From NCBI GenBank assembly GCA_013265495.1, contig MU061538.1, forward strand, positions 2,253,339 to 2,317,338: a stretch of DNA of 64,000 bases, written 5' to 3'. Position 1 is the stretch's first letter. Every line of letters starts with the position of its first letter. Positions 38,001 to 50,000 of the stretch are shown piece by piece. The translations under genes were made by a program, and so were the position numbers. The notes beneath the pieces were generated by a model. It was given only the letters and a program-made list of their open reading frames with translations, had not been told where the DNA came from and did not search any database. This DNA is from Vicugna vicugna (taxonomy: Eukaryota).

Positions 38001-41000
38001 TGGGCCCGTAGAACAGAATATGTCTGTGAAATACAGGTGGCACTCGTCTCATTTCACTGGACTCTTAATAACTGTAAAACAGAGTAAATGGTTTTTCTCC
38101 AGAGTCGTGTCAGATTTTTTTTGGAATCACTGCCTGCCTCTCTCAGGTAAGCATGTTTACAATTAGTCTTATTTACGTGTGACGGTTGTGAGTTTTGATA
38201 GGTTGGATTTATGACCTATTTGTAAACCAGTTTTAGAGATGCTGTGTACTAAACTGTGTATTCAGTATGATCTTATGACACACTTATTTAAATTTCATGC
38301 TTGGTTTTAAGATTTAAAGTTTCAATGGGTGAAAATGGTCTTTCTAATCTAAAAAATTACATAGATTTAAAACTTGAATATGAAAAAATAGCAAAAATGA
38401 GATGGAAAGATGACAATGAAATTCAGAAGTTTAGATTTTTTTTTTAGTAAATAAGGGGCTCTTGGATCAGTATGAAAAAAGAAGACCTCTGTAGATAAGG
38501 CAGAAAAATGAATTTACAACTTTTTATAAAGAGTTAGAAATAAGTATAACGGAATATTTGATACACTTTGTAAGCAAAAACATTTTAGTAGCCCTGAGAT
38601 AAGAATTTCTCCTTACCGAATTTGTAACAGTGTATTCAGTGCAGACCAGCTTCCCATCCCTGCCGGCAGGAGTGCAGCTTTTCTAGAAAAGCTGAGCCGT
38701 GTCAGAGCCTTAAAATACTCGTTTCCTCTGCAGCTCTCTGTGTTCAGAGATTTGCCCCAAGTTGATAGAAGTAAGGGCAGGTGGGTGCATAAGGTGTGCA
38801 GTGCAGCAGCATTTGTAAGAGGGTAAAGTTGGAGACAGTCAGATTGTCCAGTATTTGGAGATGTTTAGGAAACCTGTACCTTATACAGCGGTCTAGCTCC
38901 GGCGCCGGCTTGGGGCTTTGTTTTGTGAATAAGTGTAAGATGTGGGAAGAAAACCCAGGATATAACATAGTTACGTGCAGTATTACAGAAGCAAGTAAGG
39001 TCTGTGAGAAGTACCCAAAGGAGGCCCAGGGCGCTAACGGTGGGGAGTTCTGGGTAGTGAGAGAAGTGACCGTTCAGCGTTCTTCCCTTGTTTTCTCTCC
39101 CCTGAGCTCCTGGTAAGAAGGGTCCCAACAACTAAACATTATAGCAACAAATCAGGTTGGTGGTGTTTAAACTCATTCTTTAAGTTACATGGAATAATTT
39201 GTTTAAAATGAGCAGCCGTTGGGCAGGAAAAAGGCCGGTTTAGAGTGTGCGCCGCCTGTCTCCCCCGACCTCCCGGGTGCTCCTTCGGGGCTGCTTTGAG
39301 GGCCTGCTGAGTCCTCGTCTCAGTTTGAGCAGGGCCCGCCTCCAGGATGCTAGGGCAGTCGGACAGGAGTTTGAGTACAGTTGTGCCTGTTTCCTCACGC
39401 CTTTGTCACAGAGGGGCGTGGAACCGGCTGGTGGGTTCGGGCCGTCAGAGCACCGGCCAGACTCAGCCGTTCGTGCACGTGGTCTGAGTTGGAGCCCTTC
39501 TCTGTCCACGCAATAAGGAGGATTAATTATGGTTATTACGCTTTTGTGTCTCCTGTAAATTCTGGAAGTTCTTTAAATGGTAAAATCCTCCTTTTGTTTT
39601 TGCTACATTGATTTAATAGAGATCCTTGAAAAATTGGCTTTTTTCCTTAAGAACACGAATCCTGTTGGTATTTGTATTCAGTGTTTGTCACATTTTTGCT
39701 CTGAATGTGTACTGACGCGATGATCTTTACAGGTAACTAACGTGAGACCTTTGAATGACGTGTATGGCGGTTACATGCCATTTTTATTGGTGTCTTTATA
39801 CTTCTCTGTATGTTCCAAACTTATAAGAAACATTGGAAAAGGTTTTTGAATGAAAACATTTTATTATTACTCCTTATGCATAAACACAATGTGCTTGGCT
39901 AAAATGTGAATTTGTGTTCATTGGATCTCTGGGTTCAGAGAGTCAGAGCTCGCTATCCCGAGAGAAGAGGCGGGGGTGTGGAGTCCTGTGGGTATTTCCT
40001 GCAGTCAGGGTCACAGTGATATGGTATTTGGGAGACCTGACTTGGCGAAATGAGTAAGAAAATCAGGAGTATGTGAATATGAGATGAGTACAGGGTTTTA
40101 AGTTAGATGATTAGACATTGTTAAGTATTGACTATGAGTCTAGCACTAGAGCACCCTTTCAGTCTTGGTTACACCAGCGGAGGTCATGATCTACATCATA
40201 GGTTTTATACATTCAGCGTGGAAGGTCCCAGTGTGCACAGTGCACAGGTGTGATGCACTCAGTCGTGGCCCGGGTGTGAGTGTGCGAGTGTGGACGGCAG
40301 GTTAGGAAGCCCTGATGGAGGCTGTCGCAAAGAACCGGTGGAGCCGGTAGGACTGGGGGCTGGGAGAGGGCGTTCTAAATGAAGCGAGGTGGAGGGGGTG
40401 GGAAGCCCAGGTGTGAGGAGATGGACCTTGACAAGGTGTGTGATTGGGCGCAGAGGAGAAGGACAAGTGGGTGGGTGGAGGCAGGAAATACGGAAAAGCA
40501 TGGAAGCTGGATGTATGAGTTTGAGCTTGATAAAGTAGCCGGCAGGGTGCCTCTTCACCTTTTCTTCCTTATATATGCAACCTTGGATTGCAAGTGTTTA
40601 CATTAGAGCATTTGGAAAACAGAGAGAAAAGCAAACAGATTAAAATAATTTGCAGTCCTGTGGATAAAGCTGGTCTGGGAGCTGTAAGCATGACACAGGG
40701 CGGAGAGTGGGGGCTGACGGGAGGGATAGTCACGTATTTTAGACTTGATGAAGATTTGGATTCAGGTGAGCACTGTGTAAATGAAGACAACACGGACCCT
40801 AGGAGCAGCTGGGAATCATGGCTCTTGGTGCCTTGGGAATGCTGTGGGGTAAAGGAGGACGAGCCAGCACTCCCAGTGGGCCTCTGCATGCGGACCCTGT
40901 GGTGGGTGCTCCACACTGAGGGCACAAGTCTGATGAGTTCCTCGTTTGAGATTAGGAGCATTGCTGCAGATGGGAAACAGGGGAGCCTGATTTTTGAGGG

Positions 41001-44000
41001 AAGATAGTGAAGTTAGATTGGAACACCTTGAGTTTGGATCAACTATCCAGATGCCGGGACTTGGGGATGTGGTGTGAAGGGCTGAGAATGACTCGTTCTG
41101 CAGAGGAGGGAGAGAGAGCAGAAAATCGGGAACAGAGCCTTGAGTGACGGGCATAGTTTAGGAGATTTGGAAAAAAAGGAAAGTTGAACATAAAGAGAGA
41201 TGACGTTGGAGGAGCAGGATTTTATTTTTAGCAGGCATTTATCCAGGTGCAGAGCTCATCGTGGAGGGTGGCTGGAGCCATGGTGGACAGAAAGGTGACT
41301 GGGGGGGGGCTACAGCTCAGTGGTAGAGTGTGTACCTAGCATGCACAGGGTCCTGGGTTCAATCCCCAGGCCCTCCATTAAAAATAAATAAATAAATAAC
41401 CTAATCATCTTCCCCCCTAAAATAAAAAATAAATAAAAATAAAGATGTGAAGTTTTTTTAAGTGAATGTAGCAAGAACTTTCCCAAGCTTTATATCCTCT
41501 TAAGCAAATTCATTAGGAGTAAAAATTAGAACCCAGAATCAGTGTCCTGCGCTTACATTTACAGCTCATCACTCATGCTGGTGAATTGAAATCCCTGATG
41601 TGTAATAATACAGAAGCTTTGCTTTATTTGAGTAAAGAGTGTTTAGATAAAAATGGGGAAAGCTTTCCTGGATAGTACTTATGAAGAAAGCCTGGTTAAG
41701 AAAAGTGCATGGGGACACCAATATTTTGTGGTTGCTAAAAAATGTTACTTCAGTTGTAAGATACATGTTTGATGTGCATCTAAGGGACTTTGGTTCAACA
41801 GATACGTGGTGATACTCTGTGATGGGGACAGTGCCCGGGGGTGCAGATAAAGTACCATGAATCTTTCCCCTCGGGTAAGGTACATTCTAGAAGGGGAGAC
41901 AGCACGTGAACAAATACAGTCTGTTGTAACGTTTGCAAAGATGAAGTGGGTCAGGATGTGGGAACAGTACCAGGAGGGGCGGTCACGGTGCTCCCTCCGC
42001 ACCCAGAGGACTCTGGGACGCCTGCAAGTGCACACGCCGGGCAGGACCCAACCATCACGAGAGGACTGTTTGCTTGGTGGTTGTCAGTGACCTTCTGTCT
42101 TTTCCCCGTCAGGGTGTTGATACAAGCTGGAGCTCTTTGTTGGAGTCTTCCAGAGCTCTCCCAGGGAGAGGGAGGGAAGGGAGCTTGTGCCGGCAGAAGT
42201 TGGGAAGCACAGACATCAGCTGCGTTCTCCTGACCCGGTACTGATGCAGGCTGAGGCCTCTGTTGTAATGTGCTGGGTAGGTTTCTGGGGTAGGTTCCGA
42301 GTGATGGAGAGCCTGGCCAGGGTCGTGATTTAAATCTGGAAGCCCTTTCCATTCTGTATCTCAATCAACAAATATTTCTTGACTGCCTGCCCATGTGCCT
42401 TGCACTGTACTAGGTACTATCAAAGGTTCCAAAGACGGTTAAGATGTAATTCATTCAGAAGACTCCAGTCTCTAAGACGCAGGATGCTGGTCCGTAGTCA
42501 AGACTGGACAGAGAGGAGTTTACGGGAGCTGCAGCCCAGGAGCATCTGACTGGGGGAGGCCCGGAGGAGGAGGGCGCTCCTGGGGTCCGGAGGTGGGAGT
42601 GCGGGGGAGTTGCAGCCCTCTGCTCCAAGCCCCCAGAGGGCAGTGCGGGAGGGACGCGCAGGGGCATTCAGGGAGTGGTCCGCGTTCAGATTCAGGCACC
42701 TTGCCTCGGGAATGCAGGGCCAGGGCCTGGGGGGCAGGAGGAGGGCCGCTCTGGGAGGGTGCACTGCCAGAGCGGGAGCAGCAAGCGGCGAGGGACAGGT
42801 GAGCAGGGCCTCAGGCACCGCCTGGAGTCTGAGCCTTAAGGTGTTGGGACATCAGGCTCTCTTAGCTGAGACCAGAGTTGTAGTTCGGGAAAGTGGCTTT
42901 TTTAAAAAAGAAAAGCAGTGTTCCCCAGTTATAAAATTAATGCTCTTGAAAATTTGGAAAATACAGAAAAGTATAAAAATGAATATAAAAATGTCCATAA
43001 ACTTGTCACCTCTAGGTAACTTAACATTTTGGTGTGGAAAATTTGTTTTATGTGCTGATACAGATTCATTACATGAGCTGCTGTGGGCATTCAGTCATTA
43101 ACCAAACGTATGTCGATCGAGAATCTGACCCAAGGAAGTTTCCCAAGTTGCTAGAAGCTCCTCTGGGAGCTGTTCCAGGCCTCGCTTCCTCCCTGCCCAG
43201 TGGGCTTTCCACAGCGACACTGCGCCCCGCCGGACGCAGGCGGGTGGGGCGCGGGACTGGGTCCCTGCAGTCCGTGAGATAAAAGTGAGACCCAGCCGAC
43301 GTGTGGCCACATCTTTGTAATAAAGGCATATCTAGAGTATGCTATTTCATTTTTAATAAAGATTATACAGTGATTCATTGGAGTAATCTGTATTACCATG
43401 TAATTAAATCTCACCTCCCCAAACGCTGCAGGACATAAGTGTTTTTGTGAAAGTCTCTAATAAAAACAGCAATCTTCTGATCCAGTCTTCTGACATGTGA
43501 CGCTGACCTAACTAAATTAAAGAGATTAAACAAAATGATTTTAAGGTGATTTCATAAAATTAATATGCTCTTGTTATTATTCACAGAGTAGTGTGGAATG
43601 CAAAGTAATTTCTAGAAATTTTTGTAAGATGGATGAAGGCAGCTGTAGAATGTTAGTTTTTGGCAAGCTGAGTAATGGCAGTTAAAAAGGAAAAACATGC
43701 TGTTTATCACTGCTTTAAAAAATTAACTTGAGACAAAGTTCAGGATCCTTAACTGTAATTCTAAATTTATAAAAGGTTATCTAGAAAAAAATCAACTTAA
43801 ATGATTATCTTAGAATTAACACTCACCTATGTTTTTCTTTAATGTTTCTTTTGTCTTTCAGATTCTAAAATTTTATTTTTTAGAGATTATTTTTGGCCAT
43901 AACTGCCCTTAGAGAAGTAGTATAGAACAGTGGTAAAATACAGTTTGGAGTTAGGCCTGAGTTTAGGCAGACCTGGGTTTTAAAAGCCAGCTTTTCCAAT

Positions 44001-47000
44001 TATTAGCTGTAATTTCCGCGAGTTTCATATGGGGTGGGGCTAACGATCCCTACCTGCCCCGGGTCACACAGACTGTGGGTAGGTGTGAGGCACCTGGCAC
44101 AGGTCCTGGCACATAGGAGGCAGGCAGTAAATGGTAGCCATCCTGGCTTGTCGTGAAAGCGTGATTCACAGCCTCAGCCATCGCGCCTGGGGTCGGCCTC
44201 GTCTCTTATGCAAGCATGAGAGTGACCCCTTCTATGCTTGCCTGATTTTTGTGTGTCTGAGATTCACATTTCCCCCCGAGCTTATACACCACTGTCTTTA
44301 TCTTGTTATTTCATCCATTTCATACTTAGTGTTTACTTGTTACCCATTAATTATTAAGAACTCCTCCAACATGATTTCGATACCATTGTGTTTACACATT
44401 CCCACGAGTGGCCCGACGGGAAGACAAGCGGCTTTCTCTTCTTTCTTCCCTGTCATTTGTGGTATGGAGTGAAATAATCCTCCATTCAGTTTCTGGAGTG
44501 TGAATATAAGTTTTTTTATTTGGTGACAAAGCAAATAAAGTGATGTTTATAAAACTGTTAGGATAGGAATAAAAGCTTCTATTATTATTATTACAAGCAA
44601 AGAGCTAAAAGGTGACCTATTTCAGGTGGATTTCATTTAATAAGGGAGAAAGTTGACAAAGCAAAAGTGTTACGATGTCACAGTGCATTTTGATCATGGA
44701 GCAAGTAGGTGAGCAGAGATGGAGGCTCGTGATGAAAGCTTGATTTCTGGTCCCGCCAGGTGTCACCTGAAGACAGAAGCGCGCTGTGGGCGATGCTCAC
44801 TTTCCACGGCGGGGGCTGCCAGCTGAACCTCAACAGGAAGTGCACACACTTGGTCGTTCCCGAGCCGAAGGGGGTAAGCGCCCCACGTATGTCCTCCTGG
44901 TGCCGTTCAGGTGTCTCTGGGAATCAGACGTCTTCTTCTGACTTTTAAATTAGTCACTTGATTCCATTTACAGAAGCTGATTATTATGAGTTTTATTATT
45001 TATATGTGACTTCATTCCACAAAGGATGTGAGATGATTTATAAGTTTTATTTTGAGCCAGATGTGATGTTTAAGTACAAAGAAATCTGGGTTTATTTCAT
45101 GGAGAAAATAGGACAGTTTTTTGAATCTCTGGAGTTTGCTTTCACATCCAATAGAACTTCATTTTTATTTGTGAAAATATGTATTTTTAATCCTCTTCAC
45201 AGTTTTTAAGAAGCTTGTGCTGAATATAATTACAAACGAGCGTTTGGTGAGGTTCTCAACACACCCTTCTTAATAACCTCAAACGTTTAAATTGTGTTTA
45301 TCTCCTTAAGCTCAGGGCTCTCACCTCGAAAGCACTGGTGGGGCCGTAGGGATTTTGGTCCTTCAAGTGGTGTCCCCAGGTCAGTAGCACCAGCCTCCCC
45401 TGGGACCTGTTAGAATTACCTGTTCCAGGCCCCGTCAGTCAGAACCTGCCAGGACGGGGAGCCCAGGAACCTGTGACCCTCAACCCCCCGGCCGCCCCCA
45501 GGAGTTCTGCTGAGCACCGACCTTTGGTAAATCAAACTTTTTCCCTCCTGTGAGCAGTTACTTATAACTTTGAGAAGCATAGTGTATGCATAGTAGGAAG
45601 GTCTTTTTTGACTAGTTAATGTTTCCACATGTCAGTCATTACCTCCTCTTTTATTGCCTTCAGTCTGAATCAGCATGGCATGATGAAACTATCTTTTGTA
45701 TTCCTGAATTTTTTAAAAAGTTTAAATTGAGAAGAACGGAGGAATTTATTTAATAACAGCATCTACAGAAAAACAAAGTGTGCTGAGTAGTGTTGGGGGT
45801 AGCAGCTGGTTTCTGAGTGTGCGTGTTCCACCTCTGCTGAAGGCTGAGCTGGGAAGAGACCACCCCCCACAGGAAGTGGGTTTGTTCTGTCGGCGCTAGA
45901 GCAGGCTGGGGGTCTGTCAGCTGGCTGAGCCGCGTCCCAGACTTGCTGCTCTAGAGCCGCTCTGTCACATGGGTCTTGGGTGACTTTTGCCGCTTGTCTC
46001 CCTCCCCCTCCACGTGTTCCCTTTTGCCCCTGCCCGGTGGGGCGCCCCTGCCCGGCGCGCCCTCTCCTGCCCGCTGATGCTGGGGCTGCGGTCCACACCC
46101 GCGGAACCCCCGTCCCTGCCCACGTGACTAGCGCTGTTCCCTGCTGTGTTCTCTGCGTGTTTATTTCTCTCCAGCTGTAAGATGGAAGCCTCGCTCGGTC
46201 AGAGGGCTGTTGTGTCCTTTGTCTTTTTTTTCCCTTTCAACACCTTTACTGTGGTGTGGTTCCTGTACAGTGAACTACACATATTTCCAATGAACAGTTT
46301 GATGAATTTTGATAGAAACCAGCACCACAGTCAAGACAGCTAGCATTGCCGTCCCTCCCCAGGAGATGCAGGTCTCCAACTGCTGACTTACTCCTTCCTG
46401 CCCCCTTTCCCCCTTGGTAACCAGAAGTTTGTTCTCCATGTCTGTGAGTCTGTCTCTGTTTTGTAGGTAAGTTCACTTGTGTCCTTTTTTTAATTAGGGG
46501 GAGATAAATGGGTTTATTTATTTATTTACATTTGGAGAGGATACTGGGGTTGAACCCAGGCCCTCGTGCATGCCAAGCATGTGCTCTGTCACTTGAACTA
46601 TACCCTCCCCTCTGTGTCTTTTTTTTTTTTTTTGTATTCCACATATGAGTGATGTCATACAGTATTTTTCTTTTTCTGGCTTACTTCATGTACAGTGATC
46701 ATCTCCAGGTGTCTTATGTAGAATAAACACCTGACTGAGGAAGTTCCCACACTCCTGTGATGGTGCCCAAGTCCTGAGGATGCTCTGCCCGCAGTTACAC
46801 TTTGTGTTGAGCGTCGGTCTGTGGTAGCCAGAGCTGATGGCCGTCACGTTTCATCCCAAAGAGAGTTTTTTGTGGGGTTCCGAGCCCTACGCATTGTGTC
46901 TAAAATGTCCTTTATAAAAGCTATTTGGAAACAAAATCTTTTACGACCCTTGCCGGCGGGCACCAGACGTCCTGTGGCCACTGATACGTGGTCCGTTGTG

Positions 47001-50000
47001 TCCCGTGTCCCCTGGCTGAGGGCGTACCCGTTTCCTGTGTGTGAAGTGGCAGTGACAGGTGCTGCGTCCCTCTCCTGAAGTGCTGTCTGTGATGCTCAGC
47101 TCCAGGGCGTCTGGCCAGACCTGCAGCTCTGTTTCCGTGTGTTTGTGTTTCCCCCACAGGAGAAATACGAATGTGCTTTGAAGAGAGCAGGTATTAAGAT
47201 CGTGACCCCTGACTGGGTCCTGGACTGCATATCTGAGAAGACCAAAAAGGACGAAGCACTTTATCACCCCCGGCTCATTATTTATGAAGAGGAAGAAGAG
47301 GAGGAAGAAGAGGAGGAGGAGGCAGAAAATGAGGAGCAGGATTCTCAGAACGAGGGCAGCACAGATGAGAAGTCGAGCCCTCCTAGTTCCCAGGAAGGCT
47401 CTCCTCCCGGGGACCGACAGTTCTCACCCAAATCAAACACTGACAAGTCCAAAGGGGAACTGATGTTTGACGATTCATCAGATTCATCACCTGAAAAACA
47501 GGAGAGAAATTTAAACTGGACGCCAGCCGAAGTCCCCCAGTTAGCGGCAGCGAAGCGCAGGCTGCCTCCTGGCAAGGAGCCCGGCTTGATTAACTTGTGC
47601 GCCAACGTGCCGCCCGTTCCGGGGAGCATCCTGCCTCCCGAGGTGCGCGGTAACCTCATGGCCTCGGGACAGAACCTCCAAAGTTCTGAAAGATCAGAGA
47701 TGATGGCTTCTTGGAGTCCAGCTGTGCGGACACTGAGAAATATCACTAATAATGCTGACATTCAGCAGATTAACCGACCGTCCAACGTAGCACATGTAAG
47801 TCACTCTAAAAAAACAGAACTTTAAGTACTGGATTTTACAATCTTAATATAGTTTCATTTATTGTTTCCTGCTTCTTTAGAACAGTCAGCTTACCAGCAG
47901 TGTTTATGTGCATGGGAAGTTAGTTTATGGCCTTCTATATACATACACGTACACACATATTTCAGTGTCATAAATTCTGTCATGAGAGGTGGCCTGACTG
48001 CGCCCACCTAGGGGGAGCCCTCAGCTGCGGAGGTGGCGTCAGGACCCCGGGGACGAGTGCTCTCCCTGGGAGCGTGACCTCCACTCTCACCCAGCCCAGC
48101 TGGTGCTGGGGACAGAGCGAAGCACGGGGTTTCCCGGCTGTCCCTTGTTCACTTGTGATAGTAACGCAGCAGAAGCTCGCTCACTCGTTGAAGGAGCCTT
48201 AACGCGAGCTCACAGGTTTATGGTTGGAGCTTGTTGGTTCAGCATGGACTTGAAAAGTTTCAGTAAATTGTTTTCAATTTAAGGCAGAAAGAAGGTAGTT
48301 GAGGTGGTGTTTTGGCCCGTTTGCATTTTTGTGGGCCTTGGAGACAAAATGGTAAATAAGAAAGACCTCGTTTTAAGTGGGAAAGACAGACAGTAAGCAG
48401 ATAAACCTGAACAAAAGGGCTTCTGACTGGTACAGGTGTTTTGAAGACAGTAACAAGGTGTCACATAATAGCAGTTGGGGGAGGAGGCTGCTGTAAGTTG
48501 AATGCTGGGGAGGGCCTCATGGAGGGAGCGGCTTAACTCAAGGAGGCCCTGGGGAGCGCCAGGGGACGGGAACAGCGCTGTGAAGACCCAAAAGTAGGCG
48601 TGAGTTTGCTGTGTTCTAAGAAAAGAAAGTGAGACTTGAAGGCGAGGTGCGTTGGGTGTATTAGGGACACCGAAAAGGGGCCTTGTTGCACAGGCCCCAT
48701 GTCTTGTCTGAAGGGTAGCCAAATAGGTATTTCTTACTTTAAATCGCAATACCACAGTTGAGTCTGATGGTGGTGGTGGCTGTAAAAAGCCTCTATTGAG
48801 TAAAGATATGTAAAAACTTTTTTTCTTCCTTCCTGCCCTCCCTTGGGTTAAGCAATGGCTAATTGATAATACCTGGTCTTGAGGCACTGGGAGTGGGTGG
48901 AGCCAGAGAAAGGCTGAAGAAAGCACACACTTGAGACGTTAGAAGGAAGACGGGAGACATGTGAGCAGGGCGGGAAGAGGAGAGGGTCAGGGATATTCAG
49001 GAGTGAGGTTTCCAGGTGTTGACACCGGTGGCGTCTGGGAAGGCAGCGTTGCCGGAGCTGGTCAGGAGCCCATGTGAGCTGGCGCCCCCCGCTCAGGATG
49101 TTAGCAAGAGTGAGTGCAGCGGGTTTGACTCTGGCCAGGGGAGGTGGGGGGCCGGCGCAGGAGAGCCGCCTGCCTCCGCAGTGACGGTGACAGGGCGGGG
49201 TGGTGGGGGTAGCTGGCAGCCCCGAGGGAGGAGCCAGCGTGGTAGGAGCTTGGCGTGTGTGGATTAGCGGGTTTGGGGATGCACTGGCCTTGGATGACGA
49301 GACGGAGACTGATGGGTCACATTCTGCTCAACGCATTTAGTTTTGTCCAAATAATTTAAATTTGACTTCTTTGCCTAAGTTGGGAGATTCTCCATGAAGA
49401 TGGCCCTTTGGCCAGTCTCGAGAAGCGGGGCATGCAGTGTAATGCGGAGCTGGGTTTGGGAGTCTGAATGGTCCTTTGGCTGAGCAGCAGCTGCCCTCTG
49501 AAGTGAGGCTACGTCCGTGTGCTCACTGCCCACACCCTGTCCCTGCTTAGCTCTGCCCCGTCACACCGGTGTTACCTGCCGGATCCTGGAGGTGAATTTT
49601 AGTTTGCAGCAGACTACAGTCTGGAGGGTGATTGGCAGCAAGTGTCTGAGGGAAGGAGGAGGGGCTCCCTGACATGAGGTGGACAGAGGACAGCAGGGCC
49701 AGGCCTCGTCAGATGGGGTCACTGGGGCGCAGGGGAGAGGGGGAGCCCAGGGCCCATGGGCATCGGCCCCCAGCAAGGGTGGCGGCGGGTAAAGCAAGGC
49801 CGGGAGCAGAGTCCCAGCCGAGCCGGGCCTTGGGGAGGCCGGGGAGGCCAGAGGGGCGGGTAGGGATGCCGGGCCAGAGGCAAAGAGGGGGAGAAACTAG
49901 ACATTAGAGGTGGGGGAGGCTGCCGGGCAGCCCGTCTGGAGAGACGACCTGACCGTCCCGGGGGGACTGGCCCTGCTGGCTGGCAGAGACCTGCACGTGC

